From the NCBI GenBank assembly GCA_951406725.2, contig OX597829.1:22320001-22384000 (forward strand): DNA of 64,000 bases. Reading direction: 5' to 3'. The notes below the pieces were generated by a model. It was not told the origin of the DNA. It searched no databases and was given only the letters and a program-made list of their open reading frames with translations. Positions 12,043-28,530 of the stretch are shown here, piece by piece. A program made the position numbers and the translations under genes. Position 1 is the stretch's first letter; each line of letters opens with the position of its first letter. This stretch comes from Octopus vulgaris. Lineage: Eukaryota.

Positions 12043-13563
12043 TTAAGAGAAAATAATTCTAAAATATTGCATGACTGGAATCATATTCTTATATTTAATA
12101 CTTTCAGTAGATTTGTGGGACCATAAGAATGTCAGACCAGATGCTTTGTGGCAGTTGGTCAGGGCTCTTAGTATTCTATGTTCAAATCCCATCATGGCCT
12201 ACCTGAGTGATAGACTTTGTCTGTTATCCAGTGTAATACTACCATCTGGAATCTTGGGAGGGGGGGGCTTTAGGGGAGTCCACTCTGTTGTAAGAATTCG
12301 TACCAGCTCTCCAGTTTGAGGACAAACTCCTCTCTTCTGTCTTTCCTCTTTTATCAGTCATGGAGACCCTGGAAATGGTCATAGGCAACGCCACCCCTTA
12401 ACAGAACAAAAACAAACAAAAATGAAAAATAGGGCCAAGGGGATTAGCCAATCAAATCAAACCCAGTAATTCACTGATAATTTATTTATTGACCTCAAAA
12501 CAATGAAAGGTAAAGCTGACCCTGTTGTGGTAAAGAGTCAGAACAAATATCACAAAGTGTTTGGTCTGATGCTGCTAATGATTCTGCTGTTGTATTGCCT
12601 TTTATTGGTACACTTATATTCTTTTCAAAATTTGTCAACACACTTGAACTAAAAATATAGGGAAAAAATTATATTCAAGTTACACTGTGGCACACAGTGT
12701 CTCAGCATTGTCTCATGGCACACCAATGTTCCGTGGCATACTAGTTGTGGAGCACTGTAATATAATAATCTGGATCTTTTTGATTAATATTGATGTACAA
12801 ATCATTCCAATGGTACCAAAACCTTGAATAGATTTGGTGGACAGAAACCAAATAGCAGCACATTGTATATGTATGCGTGTATATATGTGAATGTACGTGG
12901 CTTAGTGGTTAGGGTATTGCAATCAAGATCACAAGATTGTGGTTTCGATTCTCAGACTAGTTTGTGTATTGTATTCTTCAAGAAAAACACTTTAATTCAC
13001 ATTGCTCCAGTCCTTTCAGCTCTAAATGGGTAACCCTGTGACAGACTGGTGCCATGTTCTGTGGGTGAAGTAGGGCCAGCAGGGTGACATCATTCAACAA
13101 CAACAACAATGTAAGGAAGTGCCTTGTGATCAGTGGTGTATAACAATATCCAATAGTCTGGTTGACTCAATGATATATATGTGTATGCGTGCATGAGTCT
13201 CCTTGTCATGTCTTCATATGATAATTATGAGCATTACACTCACACAAGCAGTATTGCTTATTTTCAATCTTCCATGAAAACATGTCTGGTCATGGGCAAG
13301 TGGAGATTGGCAACAGGAAGGGCATCCTGATGTAGAAAAATCTGTCTCAAGAAATTCCATCATTCCATCCAACCAATGCAAGCACGAAATACTAGACAGT
13401 GTCGGCCAACCTACTCTCTTGAAAATTACTGGCTTTGTGCGTTAATTAGCTTTACTAAAAGATGACAAAATGGTCTTCATTAAATTTCCTACGCCACAAG
13501 AAAAGCCGCTGTTCATACACAAAGGAATACTGCATTTCTTTCTTTTATAAGATTGTATTTATA

Positions 13564-13740
13564 GGCGTAGGAGTTGCTGTGTGGTAAGTAGCTTGCTTAC
13601 CAACCACATGGTTCCGGGTTCAATCCCACTGCATGGCACCTTGGGCAAGTGTTTTCTACTATTGCTTCGGGTTGACCAAAGCCTTGTGAGTGGATTTGGT
13701 AGACGGAAACTGAAAGAAGCCCATCGTATATATGTAGATG

Positions 13741-13771
<31 letters not shown>

Positions 13772-13970
13772 TTGTGTCTGTGTTTGTCTCCCCAACATTG
13801 CTTGACAACCGATGCTGGTGTGTTTACGTTTCTGTAACTTAGCAGTTCGGCAAAAGAGACAGATAGAATAAGTACTAGGGTTACAAAGAATAAGTCCTGA
13901 TGTCGATTTGCTCGATAAAAAGGCGGTGCTCTAGCATGGCTGCAGTCAAATGACTGAAACAAGTAAAAAA
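13564..13970 (+). mobile_element. tRNA-derived SINE family B with internal (TA)/(TG) microsatellite; other copies at 54220-54670 (+), 44688-45075 (+), 26270-26650 (-), 55200-55440 plus 56100-56250 (-), 44320-44480 (-)
   Basis: Pol III A/B-box-like head (GGTTCAATCCC), CCTTGGGCAAGTG core, conserved 3' end GACTGAAACAAGTAAAAG. Many near-identical dispersed copies. Confidence 0.85.
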
Positions 13971-14738
13971 GTATTAGGTAGCAATGATGATGAGTTTGAT
14001 GATAATGATGAATCATAAATAGTAATAAAAAAAAATTAGAAAAATAGAGCAAAAACAAAAAAATAAAAAAATAATAGAAATTGTGAAAAGTAAAAAAAAG
14101 TAGCAAAATCTGTGAATATGTATTTTTATTATCACTACTGTCAAAGTCCACATAGAAATACCTTAATACAGTTGTTTTTTAAATTATGCAACATTCACAA
14201 GACATTTTGTATGTAATAAGATGTTCGGTACCTACATGTTAGTAAATACCAAAAATAATATTTTTTATTTTATTTTATTTTTTTTTTCTGCAATGGATAT
14301 TTTTAAAATAATATTTGATCAGTCACACTTGAAACGACTAGGACCCTTAACTTAATTTATTTAATAGCTTACACATCGTTAAGGGTCATAGGCATAGTTA
14401 CTGTACAGATGTGAGGTTTTTTTTAGACAAGATGAAAGTATGGTGTGTAATAGGCTTTCAAGTAAAAAATAGAGAAATCTAAGGAAAAAAATAGATAAAA
14501 ATGTAAAGAATGAACAAAAAAAAAAAAGAAAAAGAGAAAATCAAGTTATATCTGCTTAAAGGACAAAATTGTTAAGAAATGGGGGAGTAAAAAAGTAAAA
14601 TAAAATAGAAAATGAAAGATAAATATAAAAAAAAATGAAAACATGATTGTCTGGATACATAATCCTGTTAAACCAAGATTATCCAGACACATTCTAAAAC
14701 ATGTCTCAAGAATGGCATTGATGATGATGATGATGACG

Positions 14739-14779
<41 letters not shown>

Positions 14780-14994
14780 GCTGCTGCTGCTGCGGTTAAT
14801 CTAATTTAATTAATAACATTAATTAAAGTCATGAATGGACATCAGGATGCCGAAATATTTTTCTTACATGGTAGCTTTGATTCCTTAAACCTAAACGGTA
14901 ACATTAGAGAATTTATTAAACAAAAAAAAAAAAAAAAAGGAAACCCTATTTTTTGGAGATTCATTTCCACAACCTGATTAAAATACTAATTAGA

Positions 14995-15564
14995 ACACAC
15001 ACTTACACATATATATATACATACATATGTGTGTGTATATATATACATATATATATATATATACATACATGTATATATGTATATATATAAATATGCATGT
15101 ATGTATATATATATATATATATATATATCAATTCTATTTAAGACAGTTTAATTTGGCATTAACATATGTATATATGTACATACATTTATATACATACAAA
15201 CATGCACAAACACACGCACATACAAGCACTTACATATATACTATTTTCTAATAATCTACATTTCTGCGAAATGCCTCTGAGTGTGTGTGCGTGTGTGCAT
15301 GTGTGTGTGTGCGCATAATTACTACACACACACATTTGTAAATGTGTGTATGTGTGTAACGGAAGAATAATTGAATGCGTGAGAAAGAGACGGACGGATA
15401 GATAAAAAGAAAAAAAAACCCAATGAGAACTAAAACACTGACAATGAGGTAGTTAGATAATGCAAAAGCATATTTATACATACGTCCATACATGCATCCA
15501 TAATAAAGACATACATACATACATATGCAAACATACACAAACACATACCCATTCATGTGCACAT

Positions 15565-15598
<34 letters not shown>

Positions 15599-15953
15599 TC
15601 ATGTTCACAATTTCATATACAGATGCAGAACCAAAAAAACGTAAGCAACAATGATAAACATTGACACAGACACACACACACACCAGGTATTTCCAACTAG
15701 CATAGCGTGATACAAATGTGTGCCACTCATGGTCTGCAGAATGCTGAAAAGCTGGAAAATACCAGACAAAAAAGATTCAGTGTTATTTATGCACCAGTGC
15801 TGAGCATGTGCGTCTTTTTCGCAGCCAAGTACAGTGAGTGTGAGCATATTTGCTACAAAACAATTTTAATCATTATTTTATTCAATCATACATGTGTATG
15901 CAAATATATATACATACACATATGTACACACACACACATATATAGTTATATAC

Positions 15954-15985
<32 letters not shown>

Positions 15986-16188
15986 GTGTGTGTGTATGTA
16001 TGTATATATAACTTTAGTGACATCTATAGTTATGCCTATCGGTTGTAAATTGCGAATAAGCCACCTTTATTATATATATATACATATACATACAGTGACA
16101 CTTTACTATAGCATCGTATATTATCATCTGTTATTTCCAGTAAATACCGGTGCATTGTTGTACCACTATCCTATGTTTATATATATAT

Positions 16189-16231
<43 letters not shown>

Positions 16232-16301
16232 CACGCATACATACATATACATTCACACACACAAATATATGCACTTACATACATACACATATATGTGTAT
16301 G

Positions 16302-16336
<35 letters not shown>

Positions 16337-16782
16337 ATACACACACATTACTTTTGGATATGCAAGGATTTTGTATAAGACTGAACAAATTACAAAAGAA
16401 AGAAGAATAAATAAACTCTGAGTAACACCAAAAATGAATCATTAGCATTGAACAAATTCTGGCATGAATGTACATTCATGTGCATTTGTGTACACACACA
16501 CATATATATATACATATAAATGCATAAACATACTTATGCATACATATATGAGCATACACACACACACACACACATACATATATACTTTTTTTTAATTGAA
16601 AGAAAATTATAAATGACTCAAGGGGTTAGAGTTTCATACATGGCACTTATCAAAAAAACATTCTGACAAACTCTTGGCCCTTGAGACACTTTTGTAGCTT
16701 TCTTGTAATTAAAAATGATAAAATGTACATACATACATACACACACACACATACATATATATATACACACACACACACATAT

Positions 16783-16870
<88 letters not shown>
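14995..16870. repeat. Compound (TA)n/(CA)n/(TACA)n microsatellite field
   Basis: Directly visible; source of the YIYI/HTHT pseudo-ORFs. Confidence 0.95.
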
Positions 16871-16873
<3 letters not shown>

Positions 16874-19448
16874 TGTTTGTATACACCACAATATTTTTAG
16901 TTTGAAATTCAGAAAACTGAATAGGGGGGAATTAAAAAAAAAAAAAGAAATAATTTAAGTGTGGGTAGGGGGCAGAGCAAAGGTTTCGAGATTGAAGAAA
17001 TGGAGAAGTGTGAACATAAGACTGAGGTCAGATTAGATGTAAATTTGCAGTGAAAGGAAAGAAGAAGAAGAAAAAAAAGAAGTCAAAGCAAAGAAAACAA
17101 AAACAAAATCTTAAAGTGAAAATAAGGAATTATAAGAAAATTCTTTAATAAAAATAGATATAATAAATAAGGAAATGAACTGGAGTAATTAAATATGAAA
17201 TTAAGATTTCTGAGAACAAGGTGGGGGTGGGGGTTGAAACATGGGATGGGGTGGGGTAAATGTTTTTTTTCTTTTCTATTCAGTTCCCCTTTGGATTGGG
17301 AGACATATCTTGGATTTGTATAACACTAATTGTTTATAGTGCCACTGATTCGGTCATGTAACATAATGGTTTAGATTCTGCGATGCTTTTTTAAAAAAAT
17401 GGTTTGTGGCAAAGACAAAAGAATAAGCATAACTGCTGCAAGAACTGAAGCCAATGTGAAAATTTCTATTCCAAAAAAAAGAAAAAAAAAAAAAATTTTT
17501 TTTAAAATTGTTTTAATTTGAAGTGTTTCCTTAAATTATTAAAGACGTAGCATTAGAAGCAATGAGTTTATGGTCTAGAACAGTATCGGGAGAAATCCTA
17601 ACAAGGGTATATAATCATCTAAATTAAATGAAGGTTGTGACAAGATTCAACACAAGACAATTATTTAACAATATTTAACATACTAGTTAACTAATCTCAG
17701 TTGATTACCGTGCTAACCAATTTCATCGTTAACTAGTCCCTGTATCAACTAATCCCAGTGTTTACCACTTCCAATGTTAGTCAACCTCACCATTAACCAT
17801 TCCCAGGCTTTACAATACTAACAGACAGGCATAGAGTACCTAAAAAAAAAAATGCAAATTTAAGAAAAATATTTTATTTCTGTCTAGACTGAACTTATTT
17901 GTAGTGGCAGTGCTCCAGCATGGCCAACAGTAGTCTGAACCAACTTAACAGCTAATGGAAATGGATAGGCTTAAAACGGACGGATCCGATGGACGGATGA
18001 CTGCATATATATATGTATATATATTTGCATATATATATATATATGTATGTATATGTATATATATATATATATGTATGTATGTATGTATATATATGCTGGA
18101 TTAGTGCACTGCCAAAAAAAAAAAAGGTCTTTTTTTTTTCTTTAAATGTAAATTGCCATCGATGAGACTGAATACTGAAATATTACAAGAGTCATTTGCT
18201 TTAAGTACAAAATAATAACAATAGTCCTGTCAAACATAGGCACAAGTCCTGAAATTTGTGGGGAGGAGTCAGTTGGTTACTTTGAACATTTGAACTCAGA
18301 ATATGAAGTGCCAGAAAAAAATGTAGCGAGCCATTATTTTTTTTTTTCTTTCTTTTCTGGCACCCATTTTTAATAAATCTTTTAGCTTGAGCCTATAACT
18401 AATAATCATAAAAATTAAGCAGATTGAAAGGAAGATAAATAAGAATAATGAAAAAGGAACTGCTTAAAAAAAAAAAAAATTTTTAAGAAAGGAAATGTTT
18501 TTTTTCTTTTTTCAATTCTGTCCTTATTGCAGAAACCTAACTTAATAAAGAAGATGAAGAAAATTATATAATAGTAATAATAATAATAATAATAATAATA
18601 GTAATAATAATAATAATAATAAAAATCAAAATAATAATAAAAATAATACTCCTCAGATATGTTATAGTTTATAAAATTCTGAAGAAATAAAAGCCCCTAC
18701 ATTAGGGTTGCAAAAAAATAAAATAAAAAGATTAGTCTTGTGCTAAAATTACTAAAAGAAAAATAAATAAAAGATAAAGAAAGAAAGAAGGAATAAAACA
18801 AGAAATATGAAAAATAAAAAATGTAAAAAAAAGTGTTTTTTCTTCTGTATTTTTTTTTTATTTTTTTCATTTTTTGAAGTTTTTTTTTCTTTTTAAGTGG
18901 GTTTTTGAAAAATAATAATAAGAAGAAAGGATGATGATGATGAAGCTGATGATGTCGATGATGGTAATGATGATGATGATGATGATGGTTGATGGTGGAA
19001 ACTGAATTGGCTGTAGAGTGTATAAGATTGGTTTGAGGATCAGGTTGGCATGGACATAAATAGAAAACAGGGCAGGGTTGGTGATGGAGGTGGTGGTAGT
19101 GGTAAGAGGATTGAGTAAAGAAATGAATTAAGGATTAACAATAAAATTTTGGTGGATTCAGAAAAAAAAAAATGAAATAAATATGTTGATGAATAAATTA
19201 AATAAATAAATAAATACATATGTGAATAAATAGTTAAATATGCAAATAGGTGTCATTAAAATTAGAGAGGGGTAAGAATGAGAGGGGGGGAAAACAAATT
19301 TGAGTGTGTGTGTATACATGCACTCAAATATGTACATGTATATAGATGTGTGTATGTACATATTCATATATATATATACATACACACACATATACACATA
19401 TATGTGTGTGTGTGTATATATATAATGTATAGTATATATAACACACAC

Positions 19449-19490
<42 letters not shown>

Positions 19491-22400
19491 CATACATACA
19501 TATAGGTATACATACATATACATATACACACCACACACACATATATATAAGAAAGTTTCTGAAATAATAGATGATATTTATAAAGATTATTTGCTGTAAA
19601 ATGTGGAAAAGCATGGTTATATTTTAGTAAAAAGAACAAAAGAAACAAAAAAAAAGTTGTTTTGAGATAAATATTTAAAAAATTATAATAATAATAATGA
19701 CGACGATGATGAGGGTGAGAATGATCATAATGATAATTTGTTACATATACACAAGGCCAGAAATTTTGTGGAGGGAGAGGAAAAGGAATAGATAATTTAT
19801 GTTAACACCAGTAGTCAACTGGTATCTTATTTTATCAACATTAAAAAGATGAAAGGCTATGTAAAAAAAAAAAAATCAAAAAAAGAAAAACAAAGAGATG
19901 AAAAAAAACCTTAATAGGATTTGATCTCAGAATGAAAAAGGTTTCTGGGACCAGTTACTACAAGGTGCTTTGTCTAAAGCATCACCAATTCTGTCAATCC
20001 ACCGCCCTCATAATATTAACTGGTTGTCTTAATAATGTCAAGTAGACATTGTCATGTGTATGTGTATGCGTGCATGGGATGGTGTTGGGTAATAGCAGTG
20101 TAATGTTGTGAAAGCAATAAGACAGTCTTGAGGGTGGCCAGAGAATTTTCTTTCCCTCCTCACTAAAGGGACGGGTGCCATCAGCCAGCCATCTATTGTC
20201 GGCTCTGTAGGGAATGACATAAATGTGATATAAGCTAGCATAGAGCAGCAACATAAGGGAAACATACATACATTCTTGTAGGAGTGGAGCAACAGGCGAA
20301 ATGGCATATAAACACACACACACATATATATATAAACACATGCAAACATACATACAAATAAATATATGCATGTGTGTGTGTGTATATGCACACATACACT
20401 TAGACAACCACAGCAGCAGCAAATAATTGAAGAATTATGTTGTCACTGACAAAGAAAATTTTTAAAAAGGGTAAAAGGGAAATATATGATGATGATAAGA
20501 TAAAATAAAATGGATTGAGAATGGAGTTAGTTGAGTTGAATGTGAGGAGGAAGGAGAAGAATAGATATCTATTAGCAGACACTGACTGGAAAAAAACTAA
20601 TCATCAAAAATTATCATTGCAATTAAAACTAGTCTCACTATTATAATTTTAACCAATAATAAAAATAGTTCTTTTTAATTTTGGCACATGGTCAGGAATT
20701 TTTTTTAGAGAAGTAGGGAAGCTGATTGCATTGATCCCATCAAAGTGCTCAACAAATGCTTATTTTATTGACCCTGAAAGGATGAAAGGAAAATGTCAAC
20801 CTTGGTGGGATTCTAACTCTGAATGTTAAGACTTCAAATACCAAAGGTCAACTCTGCAGGGTCAATGAAGTGTTGACTAAACTCCTGTAAGCATTGTTGG
20901 CCTTGTGCCTAAATTAGAAGCCATTATTATTATTATTATTATTATTATCTAAGGCAGTGAGCTGGCAGAATTGTTAGCGTGCGAGGCAAAATGTTTAGCA
21001 GTATTTTGTCTGTTGCTACATTCTGAATTCAAATGCTGCCAGGGTCGACTTTGCTTTCATCCTTTTTATTCTGGGAGGGGGGTGGGGTCGATAAAATAAG
21101 TACCAATTAAGTACTTGGGTTAATGTAATCAACTACCTCACTCCCCCAAATTTCAGGCCTTGTGCTTATAGCAGAAAGGGTTATTTTTATTATTATAAGT
21201 ACTACTACTACTACTACTACTTTTTAATAATTTATCAATATTATCCACATAGTTTAGCTGGGAGATGGAGAAAGGAGCAGGGAAAGGGGTTAATTTCTTT
21301 TTTGTATTTTTAGACTATTTTCCATTTTTTGCATTAAAAAATACACAACACCCGCCCTCCCAAAAAAATTACCAAAAAAAAAATGAACAGTAGTAATGAT
21401 AGCCAGGTAGGATATACAAGTGACAGGAAAGAAAAAAAAAATGAAATAAAATATAATTAAAAGTAATTAAAAAATGCAAAATTTAAAATGAAATTGTTTA
21501 ACATTGTTGTCGTCACCACCACCACCGCCATCACAATAATCGTCACCATAAGTTGTCTTAAAAATCATCATCATCATAATAGGTAATTAATGATGCTATC
21601 AAATAATTATGTAATTTAATTATTCAGAGAAACAAAAAGCTATTCATACACGTGTGTGTGTGTATAAAAGGTCAACATAATTACTACTTGATAATCACGA
21701 GGCCACAATCAATAGAGATGGTCATCAAGTACTATGATCATATCCTTTTGGGAAATAGCACAAGCATGCTTGCAGGCATTTATATATTTGTATGAATGTG
21801 TGTTCATGATTTTGCTTATGTGTGTCTTAACTATATGTTCCTGTGTACATTTTTATAGATATGCACCATATCATATATATATGTATATATATATATTCAT
21901 GGAAGTGAGCTGTCTAAAGGAATATATCCCAGATTACTATGAATTAAGAACTTCAAGTGAGAGGATTAATCCACAGCTAGGAATACAACAAAATAGATTT
22001 TCTTGAACTTACAGTTATGGAATAAAATATATATATATATATATATACACACACATACAATTATGAAAATATTTTATGTGGTTAGATGATTTAGTGTCGA
22101 TTTTTCCGCATAGTGGCAAAAAAAACTTTTTCTTTTGCCCTTATTTATAATTGTATTATTAATGTCCCCCTTAAAAGGTATTTTTCATATGTTGGTCACT
22201 GATAAAATTTTTAAATAAAATTTTATCCTTATATTAGAAGTATATATATATATATAACTGTTTTTTCCTTAACAATCATACACTGTATTCAACTATTAGT
22301 TTTTCTATGACTAGACATCTTAAGGCAGTTTTTATCCTAATCTGCAACTGAAACATGTCTTAGACAAATACAGTGTGTGTGGGACGAGGGCAGGGAAGGT

Positions 22401-23777
22401 GCAAAAGATGAGACAGAATGATCAATGATCAGCTGAGGCACATGTTGAAATGATACAAAAGTCACCTAATGTGAAGGTCTGATGAAAGGTCAAATTTTGT
22501 TGGCCTTCAACTATAGTCAATGGTGATGTAAAACACACACAGAAAAACTAACTGCAAGAAAAGAATTTTTTTAAAAATCAGCAATTCACATAACCATCAT
22601 GTGTGTGTAAGCACCACACTCCCTAACAGGTATAGGACAGGTGTTACCACATGTAGTGCACTTATATGCAGACGACAGCTTCAAGAGGGTCATCACTAGT
22701 AATATGTATGCATGTGTACGTGTGTGTGTATATATATATATATATTATATATTGTGAAATTTGATTTAGTATTACTAAATTGAATTTTTCCCAGTAAGTT
22801 TGGAATAATATTCCCTATTATTATTATTACAATACACTATATATATGATGGTAAGATCAACAAAAAAAAAGTACTCCATTTTGTGAGAGATACAAATTAT
22901 TTAATAAACGCAATGTGTATCTTTATCAGCTACTAATAGCTTTATGCAATGAAAACAACTCAGACAGCATTTTATAACATCTTGTGCCTCATAAAAACAT
23001 ATACTGTATTTATTAAATAACATATATATATAGAAAATTACATAAATGATAAGGAAACAAGAGTTACAGTAACAAATACATCAGCATACAGCTAACTTGC
23101 ATATGTAATTCCTATTCCTTTGTCATTTATTTAATTTCTTATTACTGCTCTGTACTCTACTAATGCTTTATTCTGAAGCATATGTGCATTGAGTTCTAAC
23201 ACTAGGTTATTAGTATTGCTATGCCTAAACAAAATCCTTATGTATGTATATTTCTTTATTGCCCACAGGAGGCTAAACACAGAGTGGACAAATGAAGGGA
23301 TTAAGTCGATTACATCGACCCCAGTGCATAACTGGTACTTATTTAATCAACCCCGAAAAGATGAAGGGCGAAGTCGACTGCGGCGGAATTTGAACTCAGA
23401 ACATAATGGGAGATGAAATATCGCTAAGCATTTTGCCCAGTGCGCTAACAATTCTGCCAGATCACTGCCCTTTAATTTTAATATATATATATATATATGC
23501 TTGTGTGCATAATTTATCATTTCAGCTATTTAATTTTTTTCTTTTAAAAAGGTATGCTTTAAAAATAAATGTCATTCCACTAAAGAGCAGATGTATTGTA
23601 TGCTTAGTTGTTATATATATATAAATACATTCAGGTATACAATGTCTTACCCTGCTTGTTTTTAAGAGGTAACCAAAAGCGTTGGCAAGAGGAAGAACAT
23701 CTGGCCATAAAACACTGCTTCAGAAGACCTGGCCAATCCATGCCAGCATGGAAAAGCAAATAGTATGTATGTATATG

Positions 23778-23808
<31 letters not shown>

Positions 23809-26668
23809 AAACACACATACGAATGCATTTAATATTTATCATTGTGGTTTCAATTTAATAATAATCTTCAGCTAAATTTAAATATTTGTTATATAAACCT
23901 CCCACCACCGTCATCTTATTTTGTAATTTGTCTTTGAATTTTTCTTACATTGTTGCATTGGCAGAATCATCTGAGAGTCAGAAAAAAGAAAAAAATGCCT
24001 TGCAGTGTTTCTTCAAGCTGTTTATATTCTGAGTTCAAATCTTGCAGAGTGCAACTTTACCATTCATCTCTCAGGGCTCAATAAAAAAAGTAGCAGTCAA
24101 GTACTGAGGTTGCTGGTATTGAGTAAAACCCATCTCTACTACAAGTTGTTGGTCTTGTACCCTAAATTAGAACTGATTATTATAATCATCATAGTAGCAG
24201 TTGTGGAGATGTTATTCTCAAGTGAGTCTTCAAGCTACAGGAATCCCCATCCCTATATTCTGACAACTGAATCTTTCTCACTCTCTCTTTTCTGGATTTT
24301 AGTCTTATCCTTTTCTGTTACTGTGGTTACTACAGATTATGACATGACATAGCAGTAAACAAACAACCCTACCCCCAAAAAACAAACACCACAGAAACTG
24401 GGCTTGAACTCAAGAATCTTGCAAAGAAGTTGGTAGCACCTTGTCCACATGACCGCTGAATTCATTCAGTTTTACTGTGGTAGTTAATTTAACAACAGAA
24501 GTAGTAGTTGTAGCAGTTGTTGTCATTGCTTGTAGTAACATTACTATTGTCTTAGATTATAGTATGCAAACTTCATAATGGAAGAAAAGGGGAGGGAAAA
24601 AACAAGTAGTTGTGACAGTCGGACCTTTCCTCAAAAAGCATGACTCTCTGTTTCCAGCCAAAAGCTGAAACAGAAGTGCAGACAACCAGCAACTACTTTG
24701 CAGAATATGTCACTTATCATGTAATACATGAATGTGATAATACCACTTTGATATTGTTTCAGTGGAGGTATCCACATAGGCATTTCTAATTGTACCTCTT
24801 TAATGTTGCAACTCAATTTTCATCGTGCTTGAGTTGACAAAATAAAATAACTTAAATTTACTGGTGTTGAATCAACTAATGTCATTCCTTCCGTATAAAA
24901 CATAATGCCTAACCTTCTTATGGCAATGTAATAAATCATGATTTTATCATTATAACAATATAGACTTCTTTTTTTTTCCTCTTAAATATTGGTTCATTAT
25001 TTTCAAATAATAATAATAATAATTATTACCATTATCATTTCAAATTTGGGCACAAGACTAAAAATTTAAGAAGTGGTAATGGTATTTATTTCATGCATCT
25101 TAAGCTTCTGCATTTGAATTTAGGACATAAAGAGCTTAAACTAAATACCAAAAAGATATTTGTCTGATGCTTCAATGATTCTGACAATATGCCACCCTAA
25201 ATAATAATAATGCTGTCTACTATAGGTGAAATTTGTGGGGAGGAGACTAATCAATTACATCAACCCCAGTGTTTCACCTGAAAGGATTAAAGGCAAAGTT
25301 GACCTCAGCAGGATTTGAACTCAGAACGTAAAAGACAGATGAAATGCCACTAAGCATTTTGGCAAGCTTGCTAACAATTCTGACAGCTTGCTACCTTAAT
25401 ATAATAATAATGATCCTTTCTACTAAAGGTACAAGGCCTGAAATTTTGATTCCAGCACTCGACTGAAAACATGAAAGGCAAAGTTAACCTCAGTGTAGTT
25501 TGAACTCAGAATGTAAAGCCATATGAAATGCTGCTCTGCATTTTGTCTATAGCATGCTAACAATCCTTCCAGCTTGCTGTTTCAATAATAATTCTTTTTA
25601 ATTTTGGTATAAGGCCAGCATTTTTGAGAGGAGTGGGGAACAACTCTGTGTCAACCTCGGCAGAATTGGAACTCAGAATGTAGTGAATTGGAAGAAATAT
25701 TCCTAAGCATTTCTTCTAATGCTCTAATAATTCTGCCAGGTTTGTCACTGTATTAATAACAATAATTATAATAATATTAAATTTTGGGGAAGTGGGTTAG
25801 TCAGCCCCAGTGACCAACTGGTAGTTATTTTATCAATCCCTAAAGGATGAAAGGTAAAGTCAACCTTGGAATCCAGAATGTAAAGGTAGATGTTGCTAAG
25901 CATTTCACCCAGTGTGCTAATGATTCTGTCAGCTCACCACCTTAATAATAATAATAAAAATCCTTTCTACTATAGGCACAAGGCTAACAATTTTAAGGGT
26001 AGGCTAATTGAATACCACCAATTCTAGTACTTGTCTGGTACTTTATTCTATCTATGTTGAAAGGATGAAAGGCGAAGTTGGTGAAATTGCCAAAGCATTG
26101 GTAAAAGTGTCCTATGGTGTTTAAGGGCCTTTACATTCCCAGTTTGAATTCTCTCAAAGTCAATAAAATAAAGTAATGGTCATCTACTAGGCTTGATTCA
26201 TTGACTGATCCCCACAACTCCTCAAATTTCTAACCTTCAGCCTACATCAGAAGCAATTATTTCTATTCATCTTTCTTTAGTCTTAGTCATTGGGCTATGG
26301 CCATGCTGGGGCACCACCTTGAAGGGCTTAGCCAAACAAATTAATCTCGGTTCGTTCTTATGCATTTTAATTTTGATACGTATGCTAATGGACTCCTTTT
26401 GCTGAGCTGCTAAGCTTCAGGGATGTAAATAAACCAACACCAGTTGTCAACCAGTAAGAATACAAACACAAAGATATATATATATATATATATATATATA
26501 AGGATGTAATGGGCTTCTTTTAGCTTCTATCTATCAAACCCACTTACATGGCTTTTGGCTGACCTGGGGCTATAGTAGAATACACTTGCCTAAGTGCAAT
26601 GCAATGGAACTGAACTCCAAACCTCATGGTTGCAAAAGTGAGCTTCTTAAACATTTCATCCTAATAAC

Positions 26669-26705
<37 letters not shown>

Positions 26706-27919
26706 GCATATTATTATTGTTATTATGATGAAATGATAAAAAGAAGAGGACAACCAGCCAAAATGTTTTTGCATAAGTTAACAGTTTGTATTTTTTTTGG
26801 TTTCGGATTCTGCTGGTGGTGAATTTTGGCTTTTTATCTTTCCATGTTTTAATAAGAAGCTTCTTATGAATGTGTGTGTGTGTGCGCGCGTGCACATGTA
26901 CATTTGTGTGTCTATATTTACAAGCATGTTTATGTTGTGTGTTTTTTTGCATGTGTGTTCATGCACATAATTTGTGTTTGTGTGTTTGTTTGCTTTTGCA
27001 TTTCTCACAAAATTTCCAAGTGACGTTGTTGTCATTTCTTCCCCCCACCGACCACCACCACCACCACCACCACCACCACCACCACCACCATCTCGACACA
27101 CCATCTTCTGGCCTTTGCACATTCAAAGAAATAATGTGAAATAAGATGCCTTAAGTTGGAAATCGAGTAAGGATTAGTAACAGGAACAAGAAAGGCATCT
27201 GACTGTAGTAAAAGTAATGTCCCAATAATATATAACCATTTAATCCATGATAGTATGTGGGATGGGTGGGGGTGGGGGTGCGGGGTGGGGGTGCAGGGTG
27301 GGGTTAAACGAACATAGAAATGAACAAGTAAATAATTAGATATGTGTGTGTGTGTGTGATTATCCATGTTCCCCTGTGCTTCTATTAAGATATGTTATTA
27401 AAATACAGATGGTAATATCATTACATAAGATACTAACAGTTTCAAATTTTAGTACACAAGGCCAGCAATTTTAGGGAAGTGGATAAGTTGATTACATTGA
27501 TCCCTACCCCCCCCCCCCCCTCCAGACTCAGCCGATACTCTACAGTTTTATCAAGGATGACCAGCTAAACTGACCTTGGTGGAATTTGGATTTAGAATAT
27601 GAAAGGGCTGGAAGATATGTCAGTAAGCATTTTGTCTGACGTGGAAACGACTCCGATGGCTTACCGCTTTTTAACGTAACCCATTAGCGAAAGAGACTTA
27701 ATTAATGATATCATAATTAGCTTGATATCATAACATTATATATCAATAATTAACTTGAATGTTTCTGCTTTATTTACTGTTATTGTCTGTCCTAAATAAA
27801 TAAGTGACTTATTAAAACCACAGGTAGTATATTAATTGTTTCTGTCATTTGGGAGGTTTCATGATTTTTTTCAAAAAAAAAACAAACAAACCCAAAAATA
27901 CTTATGCTATCAGTATAAA

Positions 27920-28530
27920 GTAATAACAACAACAACAACAATGGCCAAAGCAATAATTATAATGGCAATAAAATTAATAATAATAATAATAATGATAATA
28001 ATAATAATAATAATAATAGTAATGATAATAATAGAATGACATGACAATAATGGTAATATTAATAACAACATTAGTTACAATAACAATATTACTAAATTAA
28101 TAATAATAATGATAAAATAAAAATAAAGTAACATTATCAATAAATTTATATAATAATAATAATAATAATAGTAATTAATAATATTTTCTAATGATGATGA
28201 TTATGATGAGGACAACAATGATGATAATTAAAGTGATATGGGAAGCAGGCTACTGATTGCGGTAATGAAGGTGATGACAACGACAGTAATTAAAATAGTG
28301 ACAACGATGGTGTAGATGATGATGATGATGATGTCGATGATAATGATGATGATGATAATGGTTAATGAATATAATGACGACAAATACAAAAAAAAAACAA
28401 CAACAATGATACCGATAATGATGTTGATGACAGCGATGATGATGATGTTGATAATGACTGTGATGACATTGCTGAGGATGATGGTGTCGGATGATGATGA
28501 CAGTGATGATGATGATGATGATGACAGTGC
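27920..28530. repeat. (AAT)n/(GAT)n trinucleotide field
   Basis: Directly visible. Confidence 0.93.
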